A stretch of DNA of 56,027 bases from Verrucomicrobiota bacterium (GTDB taxonomy: Bacteria; Verrucomicrobiota; Verrucomicrobiia; Limisphaerales; CANJSG01), in assembly GCA_038209745.1 (NCBI GenBank), contig JBBQXJ010000024.1:1-56027 (forward strand), in the 5' to 3' direction. The notes beneath the pieces are model-generated. The model ran no database searches and was not told the DNA's origin. It was given only the letters and a program-made list of their open reading frames with translations. Positions 46,877 through 56,027 of this stretch are shown piece after piece. Numbering within the stretch: position 1 is the first letter of the stretch; each line of letters starts with the position of its first letter. The position numbers and the translations under genes were made by a program.

Positions 46877-49800
46877 TCACCGAAGGTAGATGAACTCTTT
46901 CAGGTTGAACAACGATTGCCCGAAGTCGCGCCAGACCCGTTCGGCTTCACCGCCGTGAGGGTCCTTCGCGAGGTCGTCCAGATACGTCCGGCACAAGGCG
47001 AGTTCCCCGTCGTCCGGCGGACGCGCGAAGGCGATCTCGAACATGCGGCGCACGCGGGCGTCGGGATCCGACTCCGCTCCCAGCATCGAAACGGCCCATT
47101 GCGCCGCCTGCTCGACGACGAAGGGATCGTTCAGCAAGGCGAGGGACTGCGCGGGCACGTTGGTCGCGTCCCGCTGGCCGAGGGTGGTGAAAGGTTTGGG
47201 CGCGTCGAACGTTTCGAGGAACGGGCTGGGGAAATTGCGCTTCACGGTCAGATAGACGCTGCGGCGCCGTTGCTCGGCGGGCGGCGCCAGCGCGTCCGAG
47301 CCCGGACCGAACATCGCGGAGTCCAAACGGCCGCTGATCGCCAGCAGGCTGTCGCGGATCGACTCGGCCTCCAGACGGCGCACGCGGGCATGCGAGAGCC
47401 ATTCGTCGCTGGGGTCCACCTGGCCCGCGCGCTCGGACGCCGTGCTGGACAGCTGATAGGCCCGGGTCGTGACGAGGCAACGGATCAGTTCCTTGCTCGA
47501 CCAGCCGTGCTCGATGAAGCGGAGCGCGAGAAAGTCGAGCAGCTCGGGATGCGAAGGCGTCTCACCGAGACGCCCGAAGTTGTCCACCGTTCCGACGAGG
47601 CCGCGTCCGAAAAGGCAGTGCCAGATCCGATTGACCAGCACCCGCGAAGTCAGGGGATTGCCCGGGTCGGCGATGTCGTTCGCGAGTTCCAACCGACCGC
47701 TTCCCTGCGTCGCATACGGATGGCTGTCGATCAATGGCAGATAGCCGCGCGGGACCGGGTCCATCGGTTTCCGGTGGTCGCCGCGGGACAGGAGCGGAGC
47801 GTCGTAGGCCGTTCCTTCCATCACGCCCGGCACCCGGCGCGGCAGCGGGATCTCCCCTTCGAGCCTCCGGTATTCCAGGACGTCCGTGGCCACCGCCGGC
47901 AATTCCGCGAGACTCGTGGGCAACTGCCCGCTCCGGATGAACGCGTCCAGAAACACCCGGTCTCCTTCGCTCAAGGAGTCCCGCCGCCACGCCTCGACGG
48001 CCTGAACCAGCCGGTCGCCGATCCGTTTCGACAAATCCTCGGCCGACGCGGGCGGACCGGCTTCGAACAAGCCCGTGCTGGCATTGGCCTCTTCCATCGG
48101 CGGTTGCTGGCCGTCGTGGAAGACCACCCGCTCCACCCCGAAGAAGGAACGTCCGCCCGGGCCGGCCGGAGAACGGTCCCGCGAGGTCACGTCCTCGGCC
48201 GTGGCGAATTCGAGATAGGCCGTCGAGTCCCGGCGATAGGCCGTGTCCAGCGTGATCCAGGTCGGCGCGTCGCTGTTGAGGTTGGCCTGCGGAAAAATGT
48301 TGCCCTGGCCGATCGGGTAGTTGTCCGTGATCAGCCGGATCCGCGCGCCTTTCCCTCCCACCACGCGCACGCTGATGCGGTCGCTGGAAACCTTGAAGCG
48401 GGGCGAGGCGAACACGCCGTTGTGCCGCTCGGAGAGTCGATGGCTGAACACGCCCGCTGGCAGCAGTCCGGCCAAGATGCGCTCGCCCTCCGGCTGAACG
48501 GTGAACTCGCCGGGTCGGGCGACGACTTCGGGTGGATTGGCTCCGTAGCGGAACCATCCGTCGGCTCCCTTCCCGGCGAAATCCCAGGCTGGTCGGAACG
48601 TGTCCGCGTTGGACTTGCGCCGCTCCGCCGATTCTTCGTTCTGCTTTGCCGACAGGGCCCGCCATTCACCGGCGAAGGATTCGGCCGCGTGGGTCGACAG
48701 CCGCGACCAGACACCCAGTGGATGGGTCCCGTCCTTTGTGGCGACGCCAAACGCGCTGTTCCGGCGAATCCGCTCGGCGTCGCGTTCCGCATAGTCCGGA
48801 TAGCGCTGCGCCAAGACGCGGCGAAGATCGGCGATTTCTGCCAGACGCCCTTCCCGGACGGCCCGCTGATCCGGTGTCAGTGCTTGGGCAATCGCGTCGG
48901 GGGAGATCAATCCCGGACCCGCGCGAAACGATGCCGCCACTTCATCCGGTTCCAGCGCCCGGTCATAGAGCCGCGCTTCCTCGATCTCGCCCGCGAAGAA
49001 GGGAGAGCCTCCACCCGTGTGCCGCATGCCCAGGAGAACACGCGCCGACTGCGGCTCGAACGTCCGGAGCGTGGCGCCATCGCCGGGAGGAGTGTAGGCG
49101 GCGCCATAGGCCGCGCCGTCGCGGAAGAGCGCGATGCTGTGGTTCGTTCGATAGACCGCGACAAGGTGGACCAACGCACCGGCCGCCGCGGTTTCGGCGG
49201 GGCCGTCCAGGTTCCGGCTGCGGCGGAAACCGTCGCTCCCCGCCAACCACCGGCGCGGCTCCTTTTCGGCGAACACGATGGAGTCGAAGACGGCGCCGTC
49301 CTCTGATTGGACCGTGATCACGCCACCGCCCCGCTGATCGAGGTTCGCCGGGGCCACCCAGATCTCGAGCGTTTTTTCGCGCAACGGACGGTCCAACGGG
49401 GCGGTCCGCAGATACGCCCCCTTGCCGTCGACGATCAATCTGCCGTCCCGAACGAAGGCGCCTCCGACCAGCTCTCCGTTTAGTCCACCGACGGAATCCC
49501 GCGCGTCTCCGTCGAAGGTCCACGCCGCCATTGGCCGGGCGGAGCCTTGGTTTGCGTTCGTCACCCCGCGCAGCCGCAAGACGGCCTCCCGACCGAGGTT
49601 GTCGATCTCGGCCACCCGCTGTTGGAGTCGTCCGATGCGGTCCCTGAAATCGTCGCCGAGAATGGCCGGGGCGTTCGTTCCCCCGGAGCGGAGCCGCGCG
49701 AGCAGGTCCTCCGTGAGCCGGTGCGCGGATTTTTCCCAGGCTTCGGCCAAGCCGCTCTTGATCTCGGCCTTCAACGTTTCCAGCTCGGGCCGACGCACCC

Positions 49801-51016
49801 GCAGCCGCTCGGGTTGGTCGATGGTCAACTGCGTGGGCCGGACGCTCCCGAAGACGCCCTGCAACGCGTAGTAGTCGCGCTGGCCGATGGGATCGAACTT
49901 GTGGTCGTGGCAGCGCGCGCACGAGACCGTGAGTCCCTGGAACGCCTTGGTCACGACGTCGATCTGGCTGTCGATCGTCTTCACCTGTTCGTCGAGCGTG
50001 TCCACCGGATTGAAGCCGTGCTCGACGAGCCGGAAGTGCGCGAGGCCCAGCAGCGATTCGTTGAAGCCCTCGGCGTCGTTCAACCGGGGCTTCGCCAACA
50101 GATCACCGGCGAGATGTTCCCGGATGAGCTGGTCCCACGGCACGTCGGCGTTGAACGCGCGGACGAGGTAGTCGCGGTAGCGCCAGGCGTTGGGGATGTC
50201 CGGGTCGCCCTCGCTGCCGTGCGTCTCGGCGAACCTCACCAGATCCATCCAGTGCCGCGCCCAGTGCTCGCCGAAACGGGGGGAAGCCAGCAGCCGGTCG
50301 ACCACTTTCAGGTAGGCGTCCGGTGCCGCATCGTCGAGGAAGCCACGGATCTCCGCCAACGTCGGCGGCAGCCCGGTCAGCGCGAAAGTGACCCGGCGGA
50401 TCAACGTCCGACGATCGGCCGACGCCGCCGGCTCAAGCCCGCGCTCTTCCATTTTGGCCAGAAGGAACCGGTCCACCGGATGATCGGACCAGGCCCCGTT
50501 CGTCACGGCCGGCAAGGTGGGCAATCGCACCGGCTTGAAGCTCCACCAGTCCTTGCGAGCCTCGAACGTGGCCTCCCAATCGGCGGCCTTGGAAACGGCG
50601 GTGGCGGCGGCCGGCTGGTCCCGGGGATCCGGCGCGCCCTGGTCCACCCAACCGGCGAAGTCCGCGATCACGGCGTCGGCCAGCTTCGGGCGCTTCTTCG
50701 GCATTTCCGAATCCGCGATCTCGTGCCGGATCGACTGCATGATCAGGCTCGCCTTGGAGTCGCCGGGGACGAGCGCCGGGCCGGAGTCGCCTCCCTTGAG
50801 CAGTCCGGCCCGGAAATCCAGCCGCAACCCGCCCTTCTGTTTCGCGGGCCCATGGCACTCGTAGCATTCGTTCGCCAGGACCGGACGGATGCGTTGCTCG
50901 AAAAAGTCGATCTGCTCCGGCGTGGCGCCATGGGCGGCGACGGAACCAAGCAGGCAGAGCGAAGCGATCCGCTTCGTCCACATCCCCGATGCCTTCGTTT
51001 TTCCGGTGTGTTGCAT
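46877..51016 (-). CDS. PSD1 / planctomycete cytochrome c protein (DUF1549 + DUF1553) with inserted LamG domain
   Basis: [64 protein letters not shown] and PSHPELLD. Start may instead be 50983. Confidence 0.95.
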   Translation of the reverse strand: MQHTGKTKASGMWTKRIASLCLLGSVAAHGATPEQIDFFEQRIRPVLANECYECHGPAKQKGGLRLDFRAGLLKGGDSGPALVPGDSKASLIMQSIRHEIADSEMPKKRPKLADAVIADFAGWVDQGAPDPRDQPAAATAVSKAADWEATFEARKDWWSFKPVRLPTLPAVTNGAWSDHPVDRFLLAKMEERGLEPAASADRRTLIRRVTFALTGLPPTLAEIRGFLDDAAPDAYLKVVDRLLASPRFGEHWARHWMDLVRFAETHGSEGDPDIPNAWRYRDYLVRAFNADVPWDQLIREHLAGDLLAKPRLNDAEGFNESLLGLAHFRLVEHGFNPVDTLDEQVKTIDSQIDVVTKAFQGLTVSCARCHDHKFDPIGQRDYYALQGVFGSVRPTQLTIDQPERLRVRRPELETLKAEIKSGLAEAWEKSAHRLTEDLLARLRSGGTNAPAILGDDFRDRIGRLQQRVAEIDNLGREAVLRLRGVTNANQGSARPMAAWTFDGDARDSVGGLNGELVGGAFVRDGRLIVDGKGAYLRTAPLDRPLREKTLEIWVAPANLDQRGGGVITVQSEDGAVFDSIVFAEKEPRRWLAGSDGFRRSRNLDGPAETAAAGALVHLVAVYRTNHSIALFRDGAAYGAAYTPPGDGATLRTFEPQSARVLLGMRHTGGGSPFFAGEIEEARLYDRALEPDEVAASFRAGPGLISPDAIAQALTPDQRAVREGRLAEIADLRRVLAQRYPDYAERDAERIRRNSAFGVATKDGTHPLGVWSRLSTHAAESFAGEWRALSAKQNEESAERRKSNADTFRPAWDFAGKGADGWFRYGANPPEVVARPGEFTVQPEGERILAGLLPAGVFSHRLSERHNGVFASPRFKVSSDRISVRVVGGKGARIRLITDNYPIGQGNIFPQANLNSDAPTWITLDTAYRRDSTAYLEFATAEDVTSRDRSPAGPGGRSFFGVERVVFHDGQQPPMEEANASTGLFEAGPPASAEDLSKRIGDRLVQAVEAWRRDSLSEGDRVFLDAFIRSGQLPTSLAELPAVATDVLEYRRLEGEIPLPRRVPGVMEGTAYDAPLLSRGDHRKPMDPVPRGYLPLIDSHPYATQGSGRLELANDIADPGNPLTSRVLVNRIWHCLFGRGLVGTVDNFGRLGETPSHPELLDFLALRFIEHGWSSKELIRCLVTTRAYQLSSTASERAGQVDPSDEWLSHARVRRLEAESIRDSLLAISGRLDSAMFGPGSDALAPPAEQRRRSVYLTVKRNFPSPFLETFDAPKPFTTLGQRDATNVPAQSLALLNDPFVVEQAAQWAVSMLGAESDPDARVRRMFEIAFARPPDDGELALCRTYLDDLAKDPHGGEAERVWRDFGQSLFNLKEFIYLR

Positions 51017-51107
51017 CTTGCTCGCACCAAAGGGCGGCGACCCGGGTCGCGGCGGCTCTGGAAGATGGTGTGCAGCTAACTCTCACCCGTGCAGCCCTGT
51101 CAGGCGG

Positions 51108-51141
51108 AAAAGGAAAAGCCGCGCCGGATTTCCGGCGCGGC
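51108..51141 (-). terminator. Intrinsic terminator after htpG
   Basis: Stem GCCGCGCCGG/CCGGCGCGGC preceded by AAAAGGAAAA on the + strand. Confidence 0.8.
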
Positions 51142-51171
51142 CCTCGAAGCCGGCTCCTGTTTGGGGCGCGG

Positions 51172-53013
51172 TTACGCCAGCACACGCTCCAGCAGGGAGT
51201 TCATCCGCTTGAGCATGGCGCGCGGGTCCTCCATCACGCCGGCGGCCACGCGGGCGTTGTCGAGGATCGTCTCCACCACTTCGCCGGCGAAGGCGACGTC
51301 CTTCTGCCGCATCTGGTCGAGGCGCACGATGATCGGGTGGGCCGGATTGATCTCCAGGTCCTGTTGCTCGGGCGGCAACGCGTCCTCCTCCTTCTTCATC
51401 GCCTTCAGCATCCGCCGCATGCTGTTCGTCAGATGCTTGTCGCCGTCCACCACCACGGCCGGGCTGTCCACCAACCGCTGCGACACGCGGACCTCGCCCA
51501 CCTTGTCGCCGAGCGTGGTCTTGATCCATTCCGAAAGGGTCTTCGCCGTGGCTTCGTCCAGAGCGCCGTCCTTCTTGGGTTCGTTCAGGCTGAGATCGGC
51601 CTTCTCGGCGGCCTTCAGCGGCTTGCCGTCGAACTCGTGCAGATGCTCCATGACGAACTCGTCCCACGCGTCGTAGAGGAAGAGCACCTCGAACTTCCGC
51701 TCGCGGAACACCTCGTAGTAGGGGCTCGCCTCGGCCGCTTCGCGGTTCGGCGCCATCAGGCAATAGATCTCCTTCTGCTCGGAGGCCATGCGCTTCACGT
51801 AGTCGGCGAGCGACGTGGTCTTGCCCTTCGCCAGCACGGAGGACTCGTAGCGGATCAGCTTCCCGAGCGCGTCCTTGTGCGTGTAGTCGATGACGATGCC
51901 CTCCTTCAGGAAGCGGTGATACTCGGAGTAGAACTTCTCGTAGGTCTCCGGATCCTTCTCCGCCGTCTCGTCGAGGAACTTCAGGAAGCGGCTGGTCAGC
52001 ACCTTGTTCAGCTTCTGCAGCAGCGAGGTGTCCTGCATCGTCTCGCGCGAGATGTTCAACGGCAGGTCCTCGCTGTCCACCACGCCCTTGAGAAAGCGCA
52101 GCCATTCGGGAAAAAGCCCCTTGGCCTTCGCCTGGATGAGGATCTTGCGGCAATAGAGGTTCACCTCGGACTCGATCCGGCCCACGCCCATCGACTCCCA
52201 GTTCTTCCCCGGGACATAGAGCAGCGACTGGATGGCGATCGGCGCGTCGGCGTTGAAATGCAGGCGCAGCAAAGGCTTCTCCTGGTCGTGCCCGATGAAC
52301 TGGTAGAACTCGTCGTATTCCTCCGGCTTGATCCCGCTCTTGCTCCGCGTCCACAGCGCCTGGACCGTGTTCACCTTCTCGCCGTTCAGCTCGATGGGGA
52401 AGGACACGAAGCTCGAATACCGCTTGATGATCCGCTCGAGGGTCGACTTCTCGCCGAATTCCTTCGCCTCGTCCTTCAGCTCCAGCGTGATCTTGGTGCC
52501 GCGCGGCAGATCCGCCGCCGGCACGATCTCATATCCGCCCGTGCCTTCGCTGACCCATTGCCAACCCGGCTCCTCCGGAATGAACGACCGGCTCAGGACC
52601 GTCACCCGCTTGGCCGCCATGAAGGCCGAGTAGAACCCGACGCCGAACTGGCCGATCAAACCCACGTCCGGCTTCTTGTCCTCCGCCAATTGCTTGAGGA
52701 ACGCCTTCGTGCCGGAATGCGCGATCGTGCCGAGATTCGTCACCAGCTCGTCGTGCGTCATGCCCACGCCCGTGTCCGTGATGGTCAGCGTGCCCGCCTC
52801 GGCGTCGACCGCGAGCGTGATGACCGGGGCCGTGTCCGCATCACGCACCGCAGCGCCGGACGACTGGGAAAAACGGAGCTTCTCGCATGCATCGGCCGCG
52901 TTCGAGACCAGCTCCCGGACGAAGATCTCTTTGTCGGTGTAGAGCGAATGGATGACGATGTTCAGCAGCTGCTGGATCTCCGCCTGGAAAGTATGCTTCT
53001 CGGTCGAACTCAT
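51172..53013 (-). CDS. htpG: Molecular chaperone HtpG (Hsp90)
   Basis: FQAEIQQLL, YTDKEIFVRELVSNAADA, IGQFGVGFYSAF and GVVDSEDLPLNISRE. Confidence 0.98.
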   Translation of the reverse strand: MSSTEKHTFQAEIQQLLNIVIHSLYTDKEIFVRELVSNAADACEKLRFSQSSGAAVRDADTAPVITLAVDAEAGTLTITDTGVGMTHDELVTNLGTIAHSGTKAFLKQLAEDKKPDVGLIGQFGVGFYSAFMAAKRVTVLSRSFIPEEPGWQWVSEGTGGYEIVPAADLPRGTKITLELKDEAKEFGEKSTLERIIKRYSSFVSFPIELNGEKVNTVQALWTRSKSGIKPEEYDEFYQFIGHDQEKPLLRLHFNADAPIAIQSLLYVPGKNWESMGVGRIESEVNLYCRKILIQAKAKGLFPEWLRFLKGVVDSEDLPLNISRETMQDTSLLQKLNKVLTSRFLKFLDETAEKDPETYEKFYSEYHRFLKEGIVIDYTHKDALGKLIRYESSVLAKGKTTSLADYVKRMASEQKEIYCLMAPNREAAEASPYYEVFRERKFEVLFLYDAWDEFVMEHLHEFDGKPLKAAEKADLSLNEPKKDGALDEATAKTLSEWIKTTLGDKVGEVRVSQRLVDSPAVVVDGDKHLTNSMRRMLKAMKKEEDALPPEQQDLEINPAHPIIVRLDQMRQKDVAFAGEVVETILDNARVAAGVMEDPRAMLKRMNSLLERVLA

Positions 53014-53101
53014 AGGTCGGCATTGCATAGAAAGTGCGGGAAGTTTCGTCAAGAGATCGGTGGCACCCCGTTTCCGCCCGGCTCCAATTCCCGGGTCCAA
53101 T

Positions 53102-53252
53102 GGTCGGGCGACGGCTCCGAGCGAACCGCCTTGGGGTGGGCTCGTTCCCAATGAGCCGACACGGGCAATTCCGGAGCGCCTCACCGTCGCCAGAGCCACT
53201 CTCCCGTCGTCAGCAGATCACGCGGCGGCTTGGCGGGCGCCAGCGCCCTACC
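53102..53252. repeat. REP-like inverted pair, same family as the 5659 copy
   Basis: 53102-53135 matches 5659-5692 at 27/34. The distal arm 53223-53252 reads GGTAGGGCG... on the minus strand. Confidence 0.6.
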
Positions 53253-53352
53253 TCCGTCTATCCGCTTGCCAGCCGACTGCGAGCACAGGAATTTCAGGCC
53301 GCACTTTCCAGATCCGAACCAAGAATCGTCCTCCAATCCCGCCGAGATCCCC

Positions 53353-53805
53353 ATGAACCAGATCACCATTCCCACCGACGGCGGCCAGGCTGTCAACATC
53401 CTGGGCATCCCCATGCTCATCCGGCTCAAAGGTAGCGAGACGGGCGGCATTCTGGGCGTGGTCGAATCGCGCGACGTGCCGGGTGGCGGACCTCCGCCGC
53501 ACATCCACCACCGCGAAGACGAGACCTTCCAGATCCTCGAGGGCGACTATGAATGGACCGTGGGCGAACAGACCTTCGTCGCCGGGAAAGGCGCGACCGT
53601 CTTTGCTCCGCGCGGCGTGGTCCACACCTACCGCTACCTCGGCCAAACGCCCGGCCGGCTCATGTGCATCATCACGCCCTCCGGATTCGAGGGCTTCTTC
53701 GAGGACATCGGCGCGCTAAGTCCGCAGGAACAACAGGACCTCCCCCGGGTGATCGGGATCGGGCAGAAATACGGCCTCCAATTCCTGCCGCCGCCGTCGG
53801 CCTGA
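53353..53805 (+). CDS. Cupin domain protein (quercetin dioxygenase-like)
   Basis: GPPPHIHHREDETF and FAPRGVVHTY cupin motifs. Confidence 0.93.
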   Translation: MNQITIPTDGGQAVNILGIPMLIRLKGSETGGILGVVESRDVPGGGPPPHIHHREDETFQILEGDYEWTVGEQTFVAGKGATVFAPRGVVHTYRYLGQTPGRLMCIITPSGFEGFFEDIGALSPQEQQDLPRVIGIGQKYGLQFLPPPSA

Positions 53806-53837
53806 GCGTGATGCCAAAGAGGCTGTTGGACCAATTC

Positions 53838-54230
53838 ATGAAAGCTCGTGTCCTGCTTTGGCTCGCACTGTCGGTTCAGATCGTATTTCTGGTTTAATGG
53901 TTGTTCGTCAGCCCGGAAGTGCAGGGCGAGTTGAAGGTTGCCCAGGACGAACTGGAGACGGGGCATGCCGATTTGCCGGCGCTTACGGTTCGCCACGTCG
54001 ACTCTTCTGAGACGATCGATTCATACGATCCCTCCAAATCGGCCAGCGAGAAGCTGGCTGCGAGGGCCATCTTGATGGCTGTCGCATGCCGATGCTTGGA
54101 TACCCAGCATCAGTCACAGTCGCCATGCTCGCTAGGTTACTGAACGTCGTTCTGTTGATGACGCTACTGTTTCTGAATCGTCAAAGATCCAACGAGAATC
54201 TGCACGCAACCACCGCCCCGCCGCATGAAC
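53838..54230 (+). pseudogene. Decayed small membrane-protein gene, possibly an integron cassette
   Basis: MKARVLLWLALSVQIVFLV*WLFVSPEV... has an in-frame TAA at 53895 within a TM helix. A second TM segment (VAMLARLLNVVLLMTLLFL) lies in another frame. Confidence 0.5.
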
Positions 54231-54262
54231 CCCCACAGTAGAGCCAGGTTCACCTCGTTCGT

Positions 54263-54308
54263 TCGGGTCGAACTGGTCCGACGCGTCTTCGAGATCGACG
54301 ATCCGTCA
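54263..54308 (+). repeat. 46-bp direct repeat A, copy 1
   Basis: TCGGGTCGAACTGGTCCGACGCGTCTTCGAGATCGACGATCCGTCA; 44/46 identical to 55048-55093. Confidence 0.95.
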
Positions 54309-54313
54309 AGATG

Positions 54314-54337
54314 CCGACTATTGACCTGTCCCTTTGT
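54314..54337 (+). repeat. 24-bp direct repeat B, copy 1
   Basis: CCGACTATTGACCTGTCCCTTTGT; identical to 55003-55026. Confidence 0.95.
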
Positions 54338-54373
54338 CTTTCTTTGCTTTCGTATTCACTGGAAAATGGTGAG

Positions 54374-54757
54374 ATGAACAAGGAAAGCCAAGCCATAGCC
54401 CGTGACGTGGATACCTTTGCGTTTTCAGTGCTAAAGCATAGCGAATTCATGTTTGAGAATCCGATTGAAGCTAATTTGCACTATGACAAGTTCATCTGGG
54501 CGTTAAAGCGGCTAGCTAAGTGTGGTGATTGTGGTCTGTCCGCCTTGGCTGAATTGCTGGATGACGAACGGGCTGTTGTTCGAGTTACAGCGGCATGTTA
54601 TCTGATACATTGCAGCACCGAAAAATCAATTAAAGTGTTAACAGAAGCGGCCAAAGAAGACAGAGGCATCGCAATGCTGGCAATTATTACACTTGAACGC
54701 TGGAAAAGAGGAATCTATTTTGATCCACTAACGGGAAAGGAGACTGATTTCCAATAA
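54374..54757 (+). CDS. DUF2019-like helical (HEAT-like) putative immunity protein
   Basis: ANLHYDKF...LAELLDDERAVVRVTAACYL...VLTEAA...AIITLERWKRG pattern; AT-richer DNA; ATG at 54374. Confidence 0.65.
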   Translation: MNKESQAIARDVDTFAFSVLKHSEFMFENPIEANLHYDKFIWALKRLAKCGDCGLSALAELLDDERAVVRVTAACYLIHCSTEKSIKVLTEAAKEDRGIAMLAIITLERWKRGIYFDPLTGKETDFQ

Positions 54758-54758
54758 A

Positions 54759-54938
54759 CGAACTAGGTTCCAACACGGCTTGGCTCCGGCCGATAAAGTG
54801 TGGCGGACTTTCGACATCCATCACATCAAGTCGAAAGAACTTGGATGTGGTAAACATTTCTGGAACTTAGTGCCGGTTGAACGGAAAACCCATCAAAACT
54901 TGTTTAATAGCTTATGGGGAGAATTCACCGAATTATGA
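54759..54938 (+). pseudogene. HNH-nuclease toxin C-terminal fragment
   Basis: Translates RTRFQHGLAPADKVWRTFDIHHIKSKELGCGKHFWNLVPVERKTHQNLFNSLWGEFTEL* (DIHHI...NLVP...H). No ATG start; not in the ORF track. Confidence 0.7.
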
Positions 54939-55002
54939 TGAACGTTGGAGAAGTCATAGACCTGCTTAAGGCGGAATGGCGGAGCCCGCGTGAGGCTAAT
55001 TT
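54935..55002 (+). pseudogene. 5' fragment of the gene coupled to the HNH toxin (probable immunity gene), truncated at repeat B
   Basis: ATGA overlap with the HNH stop; MMNVGEVIDLLKAEWRSPREAN then runs into repeat B. Confidence 0.5.
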
Positions 55003-55026
55003 CCGACTATTGACCTGTCCCTTTGT
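55003..55026 (+). repeat. 24-bp direct repeat B, copy 2
   Basis: Identical to 54314-54337. Confidence 0.95.
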
Positions 55027-55047
55027 ATTCTCGGGTCCTTTGTATTC

Positions 55048-55093
55048 TCGGGTCGAACTGGTCCGACGCATCTTCGAGATCGCCGATCCGTCA
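55048..55093 (+). repeat. 46-bp direct repeat A, copy 2
   Basis: 44/46 identical to 54263-54308. Confidence 0.95.
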
Positions 55094-55112
55094 CCGCGCA
55101 TAGCCTAATAAT

Positions 55113-55887
55113 ATGATCCGCGCTTCTCTTCCCGCCCTGCTGCTGTTGACGACCCAACTCTCGGTGCCGGGAGCGGACTGGCAACCGGTCCCGGTCCATC
55201 GGATCACGCCCGAAAAGCCCGGCTACGGCGGCCTCTGCGGGATCGTCGTCGATCACGCTACGGGCGACGTCTTCGTCGATGTCAGCGACCTCGGTTTCTA
55301 TCGGTCGGCCGACCAAGGGGAGACCTGGAAACACGTCCCTGCGCTTCCGCTCAAAGGACGCACTGAAACGCCGGGCTGCTGGACGATCAACCCGACCGGC
55401 GAAAACAAGACGATGGTCACGGCGCTGGTCTACGGCGCGCCGATCACGGTCGGCACCGAGTCGGCCTCCGGCTTCAAGCATTTCGACAAGCGGTCCGAGC
55501 ACATCGACTGGTGCGCCGTCGATTGGACGGATCCGGCGATGGGATTCGTGCTCGCGCTCAAGCACGAGCAGGCGGGACTGCTCATCGCCTCGAACGACGG
55601 CGGCCAGTCGTTCCGCGATGTGGGCAAAGGCTTTATTTCCGGGTGGGTCTTCGATGGGAAGACCGCCGTTGTAGCCCGGGAAGGTCCGGAGCCGACCCTT
55701 CAGCGCACGACCGACGCGGGGCACACGTTCGTGTCCTGCGGGGGGTTCATGCCGGCCGGAAATGCCAGCGCGCGGGCCCTGCCGAGGTGGAAAGACGGCT
55801 CCCTCTACTGGCTGACCCGACAGGGTTTGATCGTCACCGACGACAAGGGTCTGTCGTGGAACAAGCTCTCCGATGTGCCGAAAGGGC
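55113..55887 (+). pseudogene. Secreted BNR/Asp-box beta-propeller protein truncated by IS66
   Basis: Signal peptide; Asp-boxes RSADQGETW, SNDGGQSF, TTDAGHTF and TDDKGLSW. The frame runs into the IS end and stops at 55916. Confidence 0.75.
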
Positions 55888-56027
55888 GTAAGCGTCCTGC
55901 GGAGCGGCTCTGTTAGAGCGGCGGCATAGATGTCATAGGGATGGGTCTATGGCATCGATGAAGCTGTTGAAGAGGGACGTGCTGGGGCGGGTGCGGACGC
56001 CGAGGGCGAAACGGGAGGAGATCCTGG
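55888..56027 (+). mobile_element. Left end of an IS66-family element (contig break)
   Basis: Begins GTAAGCGTCC, the typical IS66 GTAA terminus, followed by a tnpA-like start. Confidence 0.85.
55949..56027 (+). CDS. tnpA: IS66 accessory protein TnpA, N-terminal fragment (partial)
   Basis: MASMKLLKRDVLGRVRTPRAKREEIL..., located 61 nt inside the IS66 end. Confidence 0.7.
   Translation, partial: MASMKLLKRDVLGRVRTPRAKREEIL

Noticed and set aside
53014..53060. CIRCE/HrcA operator upstream of htpG
   Set aside because: No TTAGCACTC-N9-GAGTGCTAA match; only a GCACT fragment.
54263..55093. CRISPR array interpretation of repeats A and B
   Set aside because: Only two copies of each, the intervening DNA is hundreds of bp, and there are no cas genes.
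1..56027. tRNA, rRNA or known riboswitch genes
   Set aside because: No cloverleaf, rRNA-like or recognisable riboswitch consensus seen in the intergenic regions by eye; an Infernal/Rfam scan would be needed to exclude them.

Overview
GC-rich bacterial contig, most consistent with Verrucomicrobiota (PVC superphylum). The inference rests on the H-X9-DG pilin-like gene, the DUF1501 + PSD1/planctomycete-cytochrome pair, the long GreA and the Ig/LamG/IPT exoproteins. Both ends break inside insertion sequences: the right end of an ISL3 at 1-139 and the left end of an IS66 at 55888-56027, and each IS appears to cut a secreted-protein gene. The interior is mostly housekeeping (upp, aroQ, accB, accC, rho, greA, rsmB, htpG, transaldolase) mixed with signalling genes and large secreted proteins. 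No rRNA, tRNA or CRISPR array was seen. The most unusual observations are: (1) a nested direct-repeat structure A-B-[cargo]-B-A at 54263-55093 that encloses an AT-richer slice of a polymorphic-toxin/immunity locus, next to a decayed integron-like cassette; (2) a ~60-aa C-terminal domain ending F[YF][RQ] shared by five unrelated secreted proteins, a candidate sorting signal; (3) an in-frame heptamer-repeat insertion inside a phosphodiesterase gene; (4) a catalytically degenerate MlaF-like ABC ATPase and a double pseudo-protease paired with an active HtrA; (5) a terminator plus uORF in the accBC leader. All family assignments come from motif recognition by eye; no database search was run.
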